64,000 nt of DNA, from contig JAGHUX010000023.1 in NCBI GenBank assembly GCA_018064605.1, positions 149-64,148 on the forward strand. Direction: 5' to 3'. Numbering within the stretch: position 1 is the stretch's first letter; the number at the start of each line of letters is the position of its first letter. The DNA comes from Candidatus Limimorpha caballi. Lineage in GTDB: Bacteria > Bacteroidota > Bacteroidia > Bacteroidales > F082. Below the pieces are notes generated by a model, which ran no database searches, was not told the origin of the DNA, and worked only from the letters and a program-made list of their open reading frames with translations. The translations under genes were made by a program, and so were the position numbers. This document shows, in pieces, positions 46,125 through 54,546 of the stretch.

Positions 46125-47630
46125 TTAATGTTTGAAATGTCTGAATCCTGTGAAAACCATTGCGATGCCGAGTCGGTTGCAGGCATCGACGGAGTCTTGG
46201 TCGCGGACCGAGCCGCCGGGCTGCACTATGGCCGTGATGCCAGCCTCATGCGCTATGTTCACGCAGTCGTCGAACGGGAAAAACGCGTCAGACGCAAGCA
46301 CCGCACCGTTGAGGTCGAAGCCGAAACTCTTCGCCTTGGCGATGGCCTGACGCAACGAATCGACACGCGAGGTCTGACCGATGCCGGAAGCGTAAAGCTG
46401 CTTGTGCCCGGCAAGGACGATGGCATTCGAACGACTGTGTTTCACTATCTTGTTTGCAAAAATCAAATCATCAATATCATTCTGATTCTCAACGAGTTTA
46501 TCTGTCACAGGCTTGAAATCGGCCGCCGTCTCCACATGCATGTCGCGGTCCTGCTCCAGAATGCCGTTGAGTGCCGACTTGTAAATCTTCGCCGGGAAAC
46601 TGTTTGATTTGAGTTTGAGGACAATCCTGTTTTTCTTTGAGAACAGGATGTCGAGGACGCCTTCGTCGTAACTTGGTGCGACACAGACTTCGAAGAACAT
46701 CTTGTTCATCTCTGTAGCGGTCTGAATATCAATAGGTTGATTGCTCACCATCACGCCACCGAAAGCCGAGACGGGGTCGCCGGCGAGTGCTGCATTGTAG
46801 GCGTCGAGGATGTTTTTGCGCGAAGCGATGCCGCACGGGTTGTTGTGTTTCAGGATTGCAAATGTCGGCTCGTCGAACTCACGGATGAGGTTGAGTCCGG
46901 CGTCGAGATCAAGCAAGTTGTTGTACGACAGGTCTTTACCGTGAAGTTTCTCGAAGACATCATCAAGGTTTCCGTTGAAAACGGCCTTCTGATGCGGGTT
47001 CTCGCCATATCTGAGCTCAGAGGTCTGATTATCAGCATTTTCACCATCAAACCAATTGAAAATTGCCGTGTCGTAATGAGAGCTTGTCTGGAACGCATAT
47101 TTCGCGAAGCGCATTCTGTCTTCTATCGAAGTACAGCCGTCCTGTTTCTGATACATATCCATAAACTCTTGATAATGAGCTGACGACGGCACGATGAGGC
47201 AGTGATTGAAGTTTTTCGCGCCGGCGCGTATCAGAGAGATGCCGCCAATGTCGATCTTCTCGATTATCTGGGCCTTGTCATCGGTGTTTCTCACCGTCTC
47301 CTCAAAGGGGTAGAGGTCAACTATGACGAGGTCGAAAGCCGGGATATTATATTTCTGCATCTCCTGGATGTCGCCTTCGTTATCCAAACGGGCGAGGATG
47401 CCACCCATCACTTTCGGATGAAGCGTTTTCACGCGGCCACCTAAAATAGAGGGATAACCTGTCAGAGATTCGACGGAACGCACGCTGTCGTCAATCTTCT
47501 TGATGAAATCCAACGTCCCGCCTGTGGCGTAGATTTGCACGTCATTTTTCTTCAGTAACGCGACAATTTCATCAAGCCCGTTTTTGTAAAATACTGATAT
47601 TAAACAATTTGAAATCTTTTTTAAAGTCAT
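46125..47630 (-). CDS. purH: Bifunctional AICAR transformylase / IMP cyclohydrolase
   Basis: MGS-like N-terminal domain (ATGGTLDFI, GGRVKTLHPK) and a C-terminal AICARFT domain (IVQPGGSVRD). Confidence 0.9.
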   Translation of the reverse strand: MTLKKISNCLISVFYKNGLDEIVALLKKNDVQIYATGGTLDFIKKIDDSVRSVESLTGYPSILGGRVKTLHPKVMGGILARLDNEGDIQEMQKYNIPAFDLVIVDLYPFEETVRNTDDKAQIIEKIDIGGISLIRAGAKNFNHCLIVPSSAHYQEFMDMYQKQDGCTSIEDRMRFAKYAFQTSSHYDTAIFNWFDGENADNQTSELRYGENPHQKAVFNGNLDDVFEKLHGKDLSYNNLLDLDAGLNLIREFDEPTFAILKHNNPCGIASRKNILDAYNAALAGDPVSAFGGVMVSNQPIDIQTATEMNKMFFEVCVAPSYDEGVLDILFSKKNRIVLKLKSNSFPAKIYKSALNGILEQDRDMHVETAADFKPVTDKLVENQNDIDDLIFANKIVKHSRSNAIVLAGHKQLYASGIGQTSRVDSLRQAIAKAKSFGFDLNGAVLASDAFFPFDDCVNIAHEAGITAIVQPGGSVRDQDSVDACNRLGIAMVFTGFRHFKH

Positions 47631-47900
47631 GTTCTTCGTGTTTTTAAATTTGCAATTATACTAAAAAACCGCGAAATGCAGACCGTTTGGGAAGGTATTT
47701 TTTCAATATTTTTTCAACATTCTGAACAATGAAATTATTTTTTCTTTCATGCTGATAAAACCTCAAGATATCGCCGTGTTGAATTGAATTCGTTCTAAAT
47801 TGTTGACTGTTAGCATTTTATTTTTGTTGAAAAATAATTCAAAAAAAAGGTTCAAATCCGAAAAAAATTTAATACTTTTACGGGTTAAAATTTTTAATAG

Positions 47901-49664
47901 GTGGAAACTCGCTGGATTATAGCCCAAGAGGCTGATAAACAAAAAGTTAAGAGCTTGTCGGATGTTTTGAACATCGATGAGAATCTTGCTGCATTGTTGG
48001 TTCAGCGCGGTGTTTCGACATTTGACGAGGCGAAAGACTTTTTCCGGCCGTCGCTTTCACATCTGCACGACCCGTTTTTGATGAAGGACATGGACAAGGC
48101 TGTTGACAGGATACAGAAGGCGATGCAGAACGGCGAGAAGATCCTCATCTACGGCGACTATGATGTTGACGGGACCACGGCGGTTGCGCTCATCTACACT
48201 TATCTGAAGAATTTCGTCAACAAGAAGAAAATCGAGTTTTACATTCCCGACCGCTACGAGGAGGGTTACGGGATTTCCTATAAAGGCATAGACTACGCTG
48301 CCGCGAATGGTTTCGGGCTTGTCATCGTGCTCGACTGCGGCATCAAGGCGGTCGAGAAGATCGACTACGCCAACGAGAAAGGTGTCGATTTCATCATCTG
48401 CGACCATCATCGTCCGGGCGACGAGATTCCGCGAGCCGTCGCGGTCCTCGACTCGAAACGTGCCGACTGCCATTACCCTTACGAAGAGTTGTCGGGCTGC
48501 GGCGTCGGTTTCAAACTCGTCACGGCACTGTCGATGCGTCTCGGCCAGCCCATCGAAGACGTCTATTCACTGCTCGACTTCGTGGCAGTGAGCATCGCCG
48601 CCGACATCGTGCCGATAACGGGCGAGAACCGCGTCCTCGCTCACTTCGGCCTGAAGCTGCTCAACAAACGTCCGCGTCCGGGCATCGAAGCCGTGCTGCG
48701 TCATTCTAACATCCACCGCCGCGAAGAAGACCCCAAAAACGACATCGACCAACAAAACGTCCTTGAGAGAGAACTGACAATCAGCGACTTGGTGTTTCTC
48801 ATAGGGCCGCGCATCAACGCCGCCGGACGTCTGGAGAAAGCCAGCGACTCCGTGCGCCTGCTCATCGCGACGAACTACGACTACGCCGAGAAACTCGCCA
48901 CAAGCATCAACGACCTCAACTCAAAACGACGCGAGTTCGACAACGCAATAACCGAAGAGGCGCTCGCGATGATACACGCCGACGAGAAACTGAGCTCGGC
49001 GAAAAGCACCGTCATCTTCAACGAGAACTGGCACAAAGGCGTCATCGGCATCGTGGCGTCGCGCCTCACCGACACCTACTACCGCCCGACGATAGTGCTC
49101 ACACGGTCGGGCAACCTCATCACCGGGTCGGCACGCTCGATACGCAACTTCGACATCTACGACGCCATCGACAACTGCTCCGACCTGCTCGAACATTTCG
49201 GAGGCCACAAATACGCCGCCGGACTCTCGCTCAAACCCGAGAACCTGCCGGAATTCGCAAGACGCTTCGAGAAATACGTCTCCGAACATATCGAAGAAGA
49301 AGAACTCGTGCCGGAACTTGATGTTGACATCCGTCTCAACTTCAACGAGATAACCCCGAAATTCGTCAGGATACTGAAACAGTTCGCGCCGTTCGGACCT
49401 GGCAACCTCGCACCGGTGTTCCTCACCGACAACGTCGTCGATACAGGATACTCACGCGCCGTCGGAAACCGCAAACACCTGAAACTCACCGTGATGCAGA
49501 AAGACAACCCGGCCGACACATTCGCCGGCATCGCGTTCCAGAAAGGCGACCTCTACGACCGCATCCACGCTAAAGAACCGTTCTCGATGTGCTACTACAT
49601 CGAAGAGAACTTCTGGCTCGGAAAGACAACTCTCCAACTGAACGTCAAAGACATCAAGTTCTGA
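47901..49664 (+). CDS. recJ: Single-stranded-DNA-specific exonuclease RecJ
   Basis: DHH motifs IYGDYDVDGTT and ICDHHRP. DHHA1 motif GGHKYAAG. The start shown is a GTG; the exact start is uncertain. Confidence 0.9.
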   Translation: METRWIIAQEADKQKVKSLSDVLNIDENLAALLVQRGVSTFDEAKDFFRPSLSHLHDPFLMKDMDKAVDRIQKAMQNGEKILIYGDYDVDGTTAVALIYTYLKNFVNKKKIEFYIPDRYEEGYGISYKGIDYAAANGFGLVIVLDCGIKAVEKIDYANEKGVDFIICDHHRPGDEIPRAVAVLDSKRADCHYPYEELSGCGVGFKLVTALSMRLGQPIEDVYSLLDFVAVSIAADIVPITGENRVLAHFGLKLLNKRPRPGIEAVLRHSNIHRREEDPKNDIDQQNVLERELTISDLVFLIGPRINAAGRLEKASDSVRLLIATNYDYAEKLATSINDLNSKRREFDNAITEEALAMIHADEKLSSAKSTVIFNENWHKGVIGIVASRLTDTYYRPTIVLTRSGNLITGSARSIRNFDIYDAIDNCSDLLEHFGGHKYAAGLSLKPENLPEFARRFEKYVSEHIEEEELVPELDVDIRLNFNEITPKFVRILKQFAPFGPGNLAPVFLTDNVVDTGYSRAVGNRKHLKLTVMQKDNPADTFAGIAFQKGDLYDRIHAKEPFSMCYYIEENFWLGKTTLQLNVKDIKF

Positions 49665-49676
49665 CCCCCCTGATCT

Positions 49677-50621
49677 TCAGTCAGCCGCCCTGCTCCTGTT
49701 CACCAACACGACTCCGGTGAAAACCAAAACGGCGGCGAGAATTTTCTGCCAACTCAGCCGGTCCATGCCAACGACAACGCCAACGACCGTCGCGATGAGC
49801 GGCTGAAGATAACCGTAAAGACTTATCACTGTCGGCCTTAACACCTTCTGCCCTATCGGAATCAGAAAATAGGCGATGAATGTCGAGAAAAAAATGATGA
49901 AAAACAGTTCGTAAAGATACCTGACCGGCATCGCCGCCATGTTCAGATGTGCTAACTCTTTGACATCAAACGGAATAGCAGCGACGGCGGAAAACAAAAA
50001 CATCCATTTCATGAATGTCACGACATGATATTTGGCGATGAGCGGCCTGAAGATGCCGAGATAGCAGGCGAAGAAGAGGCAGTTAAAAATCATCAGGACG
50101 ATGCCAAACGGCTTCGTCTCAGTAACACCACCGCCAATATGTACAGTGTTGAAAATCAAGAATATGATACCGAAAAAGCTCAATGCCACGCCGCCGGCTT
50201 TTTTTAATGTTATAGGTTCTTTCAGCACGGCCGCAGCCACGAACATCGTGAAAATCGGCGTGATGGCGGTGATGATTGACGTGTCAAAAGGTGTCGTGAT
50301 GGTGCTGGCTTTCAGAAACGTGAGTTGGGTGAGGAAAAGTCCGAGCATCGAGGCGCAGAAAATCTTCGGGAAGTCCCTCGGCGCGACTTTCTCTTCCGGC
50401 AGGAAAAACGAGACGAGCCAGAAAAACAGACAGGCGCCGACCGCCCGGAAACAGAACAGCCCGAGAGGTGAGACTAACGCGAGATTCGACAAGTCCTTGC
50501 ACACAATGATGTTGAAGCCGAAAATACTATATGCGCCGAAACACGCAAGATGACCGAATAGTTTCTTCACTTTGAATGTTTTTGTCTCGCCGATTTCGCA
50601 GACACCATGCATATTTGTCAT
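49677..50621 (-). CDS. DMT-superfamily (EamA) transporter
   Basis: 10-TM protein with two EamA-like halves. Confidence 0.75.
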   Translation of the reverse strand: MTNMHGVCEIGETKTFKVKKLFGHLACFGAYSIFGFNIIVCKDLSNLALVSPLGLFCFRAVGACLFFWLVSFFLPEEKVAPRDFPKIFCASMLGLFLTQLTFLKASTITTPFDTSIITAITPIFTMFVAAAVLKEPITLKKAGGVALSFFGIIFLIFNTVHIGGGVTETKPFGIVLMIFNCLFFACYLGIFRPLIAKYHVVTFMKWMFLFSAVAAIPFDVKELAHLNMAAMPVRYLYELFFIIFFSTFIAYFLIPIGQKVLRPTVISLYGYLQPLIATVVGVVVGMDRLSWQKILAAVLVFTGVVLVNRSRAAD

Positions 50622-50698
50622 GTTTTCCGTGAAATCTGCGGGAAAATTTCAACCACAAAAATACGAATATTTTGAATGCATTTTTTGTGAAAATAAAG

Positions 50699-50706
50699 TA
50701 TCTTTG
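50699..50706 (+). promoter_or_regulatory. -7 promoter box (TATCTTTG) for the COG0523 gene
   Basis: Sequence AAGTATCTTTGCACC, 32 nt upstream of the ATG at 50738. Confidence 0.5.
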
Positions 50707-50737
50707 CACCTCAAAAATTGAATTAAAAAATTTAGAG

Positions 50738-52063
50738 ATGAGCAACAGGGAAACTCCGATTCTGCTTCTGACAGGTTACCTCGGAAGCGGAAAGACAACT
50801 TTGGTAAACAATATCCTCTCCAACAGGAAAGGGATTAAATTTGCGGTGATAGTCAATGATATAGGTGAAGTGAACATTGACGCCACCTTGATTCAGAAAG
50901 GCGGCGTGGTGGGCAAGAAAGACGACAGCCTGGTGGCGCTTCAGAACGGCTGTATCTGCTGCACGCTGAAAATGGACCTCGTACAGCAGATCACCGACAT
51001 CATAAAGATGGGACGTTTCGACTACATCGTCATCGAAGCCAGCGGCATCTGCGAGCCGGAGCCGATAGCACGCACCATCAGCAGCATCCCGCAGATGGGA
51101 CACGAATATACGAAATACGGCGACGCGCGCCTCGACTGCATCGTCACCGTCGTCGATGCGCTCAGGATGCAGAGCGAATTCAGCTGCGGCGATGACCTCC
51201 GACGCGAAAACATCGACGATGAAGACATCGAGAACCTGATCATCCAACAGATTGAGTTCTGCAATATCGTGCTTCTCAACAAGGCATCTGACGTGAAACG
51301 CGAAGAACTTGAACGTATCAAATTGATTGTCAAAAACCTGCAACCTGATGCCGAAATCATCGAATGCGATTACGGTCAGGTCGAACTCGACAGAATCCTT
51401 GAAACTTACATGTTTGATTACAATCAGGTTTCGGGTTCGGCGGGGTGGATAAAAATCATTGAGGGAAGAGACCACGAAGAGGGGCAACACGAATCGCACG
51501 AAGAGGGGCAACACGAATTGCACGAATCAAACGAAGAGGGGCAACACGAATTGCACGAATCAAACGAAGAGGGGCAACACGAATCGCACGAATCAAACGA
51601 AGAGGGGCAACACGAATCGCACGAATCACACGAAGAGGGGCATCATCATCACCATCATCATCATGACCATGAGAATGAGGAGGAAGGCGAGGCTGAGGAG
51701 TACGGGATTGGCACTTTCGTGTATTTCGCGCGAAAGCCGTTCGACACGTTGAAGTTCAACGACTATGTTTTGAACAAATGGCCGAAGAACATCATCCGCG
51801 CGAAAGGTCTTTGCTATTTCGCTGACAATCAAGACATGTCGTATATCTTTGAACAGGCAGGCGTGCAGAAAAAACTGTCAGAAGCCGGTTATTGGTTCGC
51901 CACCGCGACTAAAGAAGAGCTCGAGCAGCTGTCACGGCAGGACCCGACAATCCTCAACGATTGGGACGAAGAATACGGCGACCGCATGGAAAAAATTGTC
52001 TTCATCGGCCAAAAAATGGATAAAACACAGATTATCAACGACTTAAATAATTGCCTTTTTTAG
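50738..52063 (+). CDS. COG0523 (CobW/ZigA/YeiR-like) metallochaperone GTPase with a His/Glu-rich repeat insert
   Basis: P-loop GYLGSGKTT. The CxCC metal motif is NGCICCT. A His-rich insert lies between the GTPase and C-terminal domains. Start moved to MSNRETPILLL (50738), downstream of the promoter box. Confidence 0.85.
   Translation: MSNRETPILLLTGYLGSGKTTLVNNILSNRKGIKFAVIVNDIGEVNIDATLIQKGGVVGKKDDSLVALQNGCICCTLKMDLVQQITDIIKMGRFDYIVIEASGICEPEPIARTISSIPQMGHEYTKYGDARLDCIVTVVDALRMQSEFSCGDDLRRENIDDEDIENLIIQQIEFCNIVLLNKASDVKREELERIKLIVKNLQPDAEIIECDYGQVELDRILETYMFDYNQVSGSAGWIKIIEGRDHEEGQHESHEEGQHELHESNEEGQHELHESNEEGQHESHESNEEGQHESHESHEEGHHHHHHHHDHENEEEGEAEEYGIGTFVYFARKPFDTLKFNDYVLNKWPKNIIRAKGLCYFADNQDMSYIFEQAGVQKKLSEAGYWFATATKEELEQLSRQDPTILNDWDEEYGDRMEKIVFIGQKMDKTQIINDLNNCLF
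51473..51670 (+). repeat. In-frame tandem DNA repeats (24-nt and 33-nt units) ending in a His8 run
   Basis: CACGAAGAGGGGCAACACGAATCG/TTG occurs twice. Three near-identical 33-nt units CACGAATCAAACGAAGAGGGGCAACACGAA(T/C)(T/C)G follow. The tract ends CATCATCATCACCATCATCATCAT GAC CAT. It encodes HEEGQHES, HEEGQHEL, (HESNEEGQHEx)x3 and HESHEEGHHHHHHHHDH. Confidence 0.9.
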
Positions 52064-52197
52064 GAATTTGAGGGGATTAGGAGTTTGAGGTGGTTAGGAG
52101 TTTGAGGAAATCAGGAGTTTAAACACCTCAATCACCTTAAATACCTCAAAACACCTCAAAACACCTCAATCACCTCAAAACACCTCAATCACCTGTC
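52062..52197. repeat. Bipartite short-period repeat block: a GAGG/AGGAG-unit arm followed by an opposite-polarity CACCTCAA-unit arm
   Basis: Left arm: AGG recurs at 52062, 071, 079, 088, 096, 105 and 113 (alternating 9/8 nt; 17-nt super-unit AGGAGTTTGAGGTGGTT). The centre is TTTAAA (52118-52123). Right arm: ACCT recurs at 52125, 134, 143, 153, 163, 172, 182 and 191 (9-10 nt; ACCTCAAAAC / ACCTCAATC). The block fills the whole gap from the COG0523 stop to the next ATG. Confidence 0.85.
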
Positions 52198-52854
52198 ATG
52201 CGTTTAGTTTCTCCTCCTTCGGTTTGCAGTTTTCTGTTTCCGGCAATGCTTTGGCGGATGCCGGCGGGTGAGAAATGTCTTTATCTCACTTTTGACGATG
52301 GTCCGCACCCGACGATAACGCCGCAAGTGCTTGATATTCTGCGAAAATACAATGCAAAGGCGACGTTTTTCTGTATCGGGAACAACGTCAGGAAATATCC
52401 CGCAACCTTTGAGCTTTTGAGGGAAGAAGGTCACAGCGTGGGAAGTCACACTTTCAACCACGAAAACGGCTGGAAGACGAACAACGATGATTATGTCAGG
52501 TCTGTTTTGGATGCGAATGAATTGATTCACAGCAATTTATTTCGTCCGCCTCATGGGAAAATACGTTTTTCTCAGATTAAGAAGATCCGGGAATGTTATG
52601 ACGATGCACGGCGGCATGTTTCTGCGGAAATTAACATCGTGGCATGGAGCGTCATCGCCTACGACTGGGACAAGGATTTGACGGCGGATGATGTTTATAA
52701 CAACGTGATTCACAATGCGAAAGACGGTTCAATAATCGCATTTCACGACAGTGAGAAAGCATATCAAAGAATGATTGAGGCATTGCCGAGAGTGCTGGAA
52801 CATTTTTCCGGGAGAGGCTATCAATTCAAGGCAATTCCTGAAAAATCTTGTTGA
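52198..52854 (+). CDS. NodB-homology polysaccharide deacetylase (CE4)
   Basis: Contains YLTFDDGPHP, GHSVGSHTFNH and LFRPPHG motifs. The start could also be the internal ATG at 52246. Confidence 0.8.
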   Translation: MRLVSPPSVCSFLFPAMLWRMPAGEKCLYLTFDDGPHPTITPQVLDILRKYNAKATFFCIGNNVRKYPATFELLREEGHSVGSHTFNHENGWKTNNDDYVRSVLDANELIHSNLFRPPHGKIRFSQIKKIRECYDDARRHVSAEINIVAWSVIAYDWDKDLTADDVYNNVIHNAKDGSIIAFHDSEKAYQRMIEALPRVLEHFSGRGYQFKAIPEKSC

Positions 52855-52934
52855 TTTTGAATCAAGATTTCATTTTAGAATTATTATATTTTCAAAAAAA
52901 AACTGTTTGAACCTTTTTATTCGGAAATTATTTC

Positions 52935-52942
52935 TAATTTTG
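52935..52942 (+). promoter_or_regulatory. -7 promoter box (TAATTTTG) upstream of the gene relic and the rubredoxin/FDP pair
   Basis: Sequence TTCTAATTTTGTGAAATC, 15 nt upstream of the ATG at 52958. Confidence 0.4.
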
Positions 52943-52957
52943 TGAAATCAAAAAACT

Positions 52958-53029
52958 ATGAATACAATTACATCATATCATGGACTGAATTTGAAGAACC
53001 CTATTATCGTGGGAAGTTCAACATTTTAA
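52958..53029 (+). pseudogene. 23-codon remnant resembling the N-terminus of a dihydroorotate-dehydrogenase-like (PreA/DHOD-family) protein
   Basis: The ORF encodes MNTITSYHGLNLKNPIIVGSSTF then a stop. From memory, GL.LKNPII.GSS is the conserved N-terminal strand of Bacteroidota DHOD-like proteins. I see no continuation in any frame. Confidence 0.4.
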
Positions 53030-53079
53030 GGAGAAACAACGATTTGAATCTTTGATTTTTAAATTTTAAAAATAAAATT

Positions 53080-53238
53080 ATGGAAAAGTACGTATGTGAT
53101 GTCTGCGGTTACGTTTATGACCCGCAAATCGGCGATCAGGACAACGGTATCGCACCAGGAACACCTTTTGAGAAATTGCCGGAAGACTGGAGCTGCCCGC
53201 TATGCGGCGTAGGCAAAGATCAATTTTCAAAAGAATAA
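53080..53238 (+). CDS. Rubredoxin (52 aa; below the ORF-track length cutoff)
   Basis: My translation: [52 protein letters not shown]. It has both CxxCG knuckles and the conserved GxxPGTxFxxLPxDWxCPxCG core. Confidence 0.9.
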   Translation: MEKYVCDVCGYVYDPQIGDQDNGIAPGTPFEKLPEDWSCPLCGVGKDQFSKE

Positions 53239-53283
53239 GTAAGTTTTCAAATATGTACCCGGCAAAAAAGTATAACAAGCAAA

Positions 53284-54468
53284 ATGAATATCAATTTAGC
53301 TGAAAACATCTTTTACGTCGGTGTGAACGACCGTCGCACCGAGCTTTTTGAGAACCACATGGAACTGCCCAACGGCGTTTCATATAACTCATATCTTATT
53401 GTTGACGAACAGGTTACGCTCATCGACCCTGTCGAGTCGGGGTTCATGGCGCAGTATCTCTGCCAGATCAAGAACATCATCGGCGACCGGAAAGTCGATT
53501 ATCTCGTTGTGAACCACGACGAGCCTGACCACAGCGGTTCCGTCGGCGCCGTCATCAGAGAGTGGCCGGAAGTGACGGTCATCGGCAACGCCAAGACTTT
53601 CGGGCCGTTGGAGAATTATTACGGTCAGATCGCGAACAAGAAAATCGTCGCTGACGGCGAGACGCTGAACACCGGGAAACACACATTCCAGTTTTTCACC
53701 ACCCCGATGTGCCACTGGCCGGAGTCGATGGTGACATACGAACAAACCACCAAGATTGTCTTCTCCAACGACGCTTTCGGCGGCTTCGGCGCGTTGAACG
53801 GCTGTATCTTCGACGATGAGGCGAATCTCGATTTCTATGAAGACGACATGCGCCGTTACTACGCCAACATCGTCGGCAAGGTCGCTGTCTCGGCATTGAA
53901 GGCGATTCAGAAAGTCGGGCCGTTGGACATCAAGATGATAGCGCCGTCACATGGTTTGGTCTGGAGGACGAACCTCGCTTGGGTCCTCGACCGTTACGTC
54001 GCATGGAGCACGCACGACAGCAAGGAAGGCGTAGTCATCGTCTATGGCTCGATGTACGGCAACACAGGCCGCATGGCCGACATCATAGCACGCGGCGTGG
54101 CGGAAGCCGGTGTCAAAAACATCAAGGTTTATGATGTCTCGAAAACGGAAACTTCGTTCATTATCAGTGACATCTGGAAATACAAAGGTGTCGTGCTCGG
54201 TGCCTGCTCGCATTACGGCAGCATCTTCCCGAACATGACGCTACTTCTCCACGAACTCGCCGAGTTCAAGCCGCAGAACAAAATATATGGTCTGTTCGGC
54301 GGCGCGACATGGAGCGGCGGAGGCTTGAAGGTTTTGAAAGAGACAGCCGAAAACTGCAAATGGAACGTCATCGGCGAGAACGTCGAGGTGAAAGGCGCCC
54401 CGATCAAAGCCGAAGACATCGAGAAATTGTACAACCTCGGCAAGGAGATTGGAGAAGCGGTAAAGTAA
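53284..54468 (+). CDS. Flavodiiron protein (rubredoxin:oxygen/NO oxidoreductase, FprA/ROO type)
   Basis: Metallo-beta-lactamase-like domain with the diiron motif NHDEPDHSG. The C-terminal flavodoxin-like domain begins VVIVYGSMYGNTGRMA. Confidence 0.85.
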   Translation: MNINLAENIFYVGVNDRRTELFENHMELPNGVSYNSYLIVDEQVTLIDPVESGFMAQYLCQIKNIIGDRKVDYLVVNHDEPDHSGSVGAVIREWPEVTVIGNAKTFGPLENYYGQIANKKIVADGETLNTGKHTFQFFTTPMCHWPESMVTYEQTTKIVFSNDAFGGFGALNGCIFDDEANLDFYEDDMRRYYANIVGKVAVSALKAIQKVGPLDIKMIAPSHGLVWRTNLAWVLDRYVAWSTHDSKEGVVIVYGSMYGNTGRMADIIARGVAEAGVKNIKVYDVSKTETSFIISDIWKYKGVVLGACSHYGSIFPNMTLLLHELAEFKPQNKIYGLFGGATWSGGGLKVLKETAENCKWNVIGENVEVKGAPIKAEDIEKLYNLGKEIGEAVK

Positions 54469-54489
54469 TCAAACAGAATGACTTCGAGG

Positions 54490-54530
54490 CAGAAATAACG
54501 GGAAAACAGATTCCGTTATTTCTGTTTCTA
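54490..54530 (+). terminator. Rho-independent terminator after the flavodiiron gene
   Basis: Perfect 12-bp stem CAGAAATAACGG / CCGTTATTTCTG with an 11-nt loop, followed by TTTCT. It starts 22 nt after the stop codon. Confidence 0.75.
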
Positions 54531-54546
54531 AATTCGAGAAAAATAA

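Noticed and set aside
47631-47760. A possible ZTP (pfl) riboswitch upstream of purH.
   Set aside because: I could not find the conserved GGGTCGTGAC...CCGGGC...CCGCCTGGGCA-like segments. The leader is short and AT-rich.
47849-47859. GGTTCAAATCC, a tRNA T-arm-like string that could mark a tRNA remnant or an integration scar.
   Set aside because: Only the loop and a 2-bp stem are present, flanked by poly-A. There is no acceptor or anticodon arm and no flanking direct repeat or integrase. It is probably coincidental.
52062-52197. Possibility that the repeat block is a CRISPR array.
   Set aside because: The units are only 8-10 nt, degenerate and contiguous with no unique spacers. The two halves have opposite polarity. 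No cas genes are in the window.
53078-53278. A 66-aa minus-strand ORF listed in the ORF track.
   Set aside because: The opposite strand encodes a textbook rubredoxin, so this ORF is its antisense shadow.
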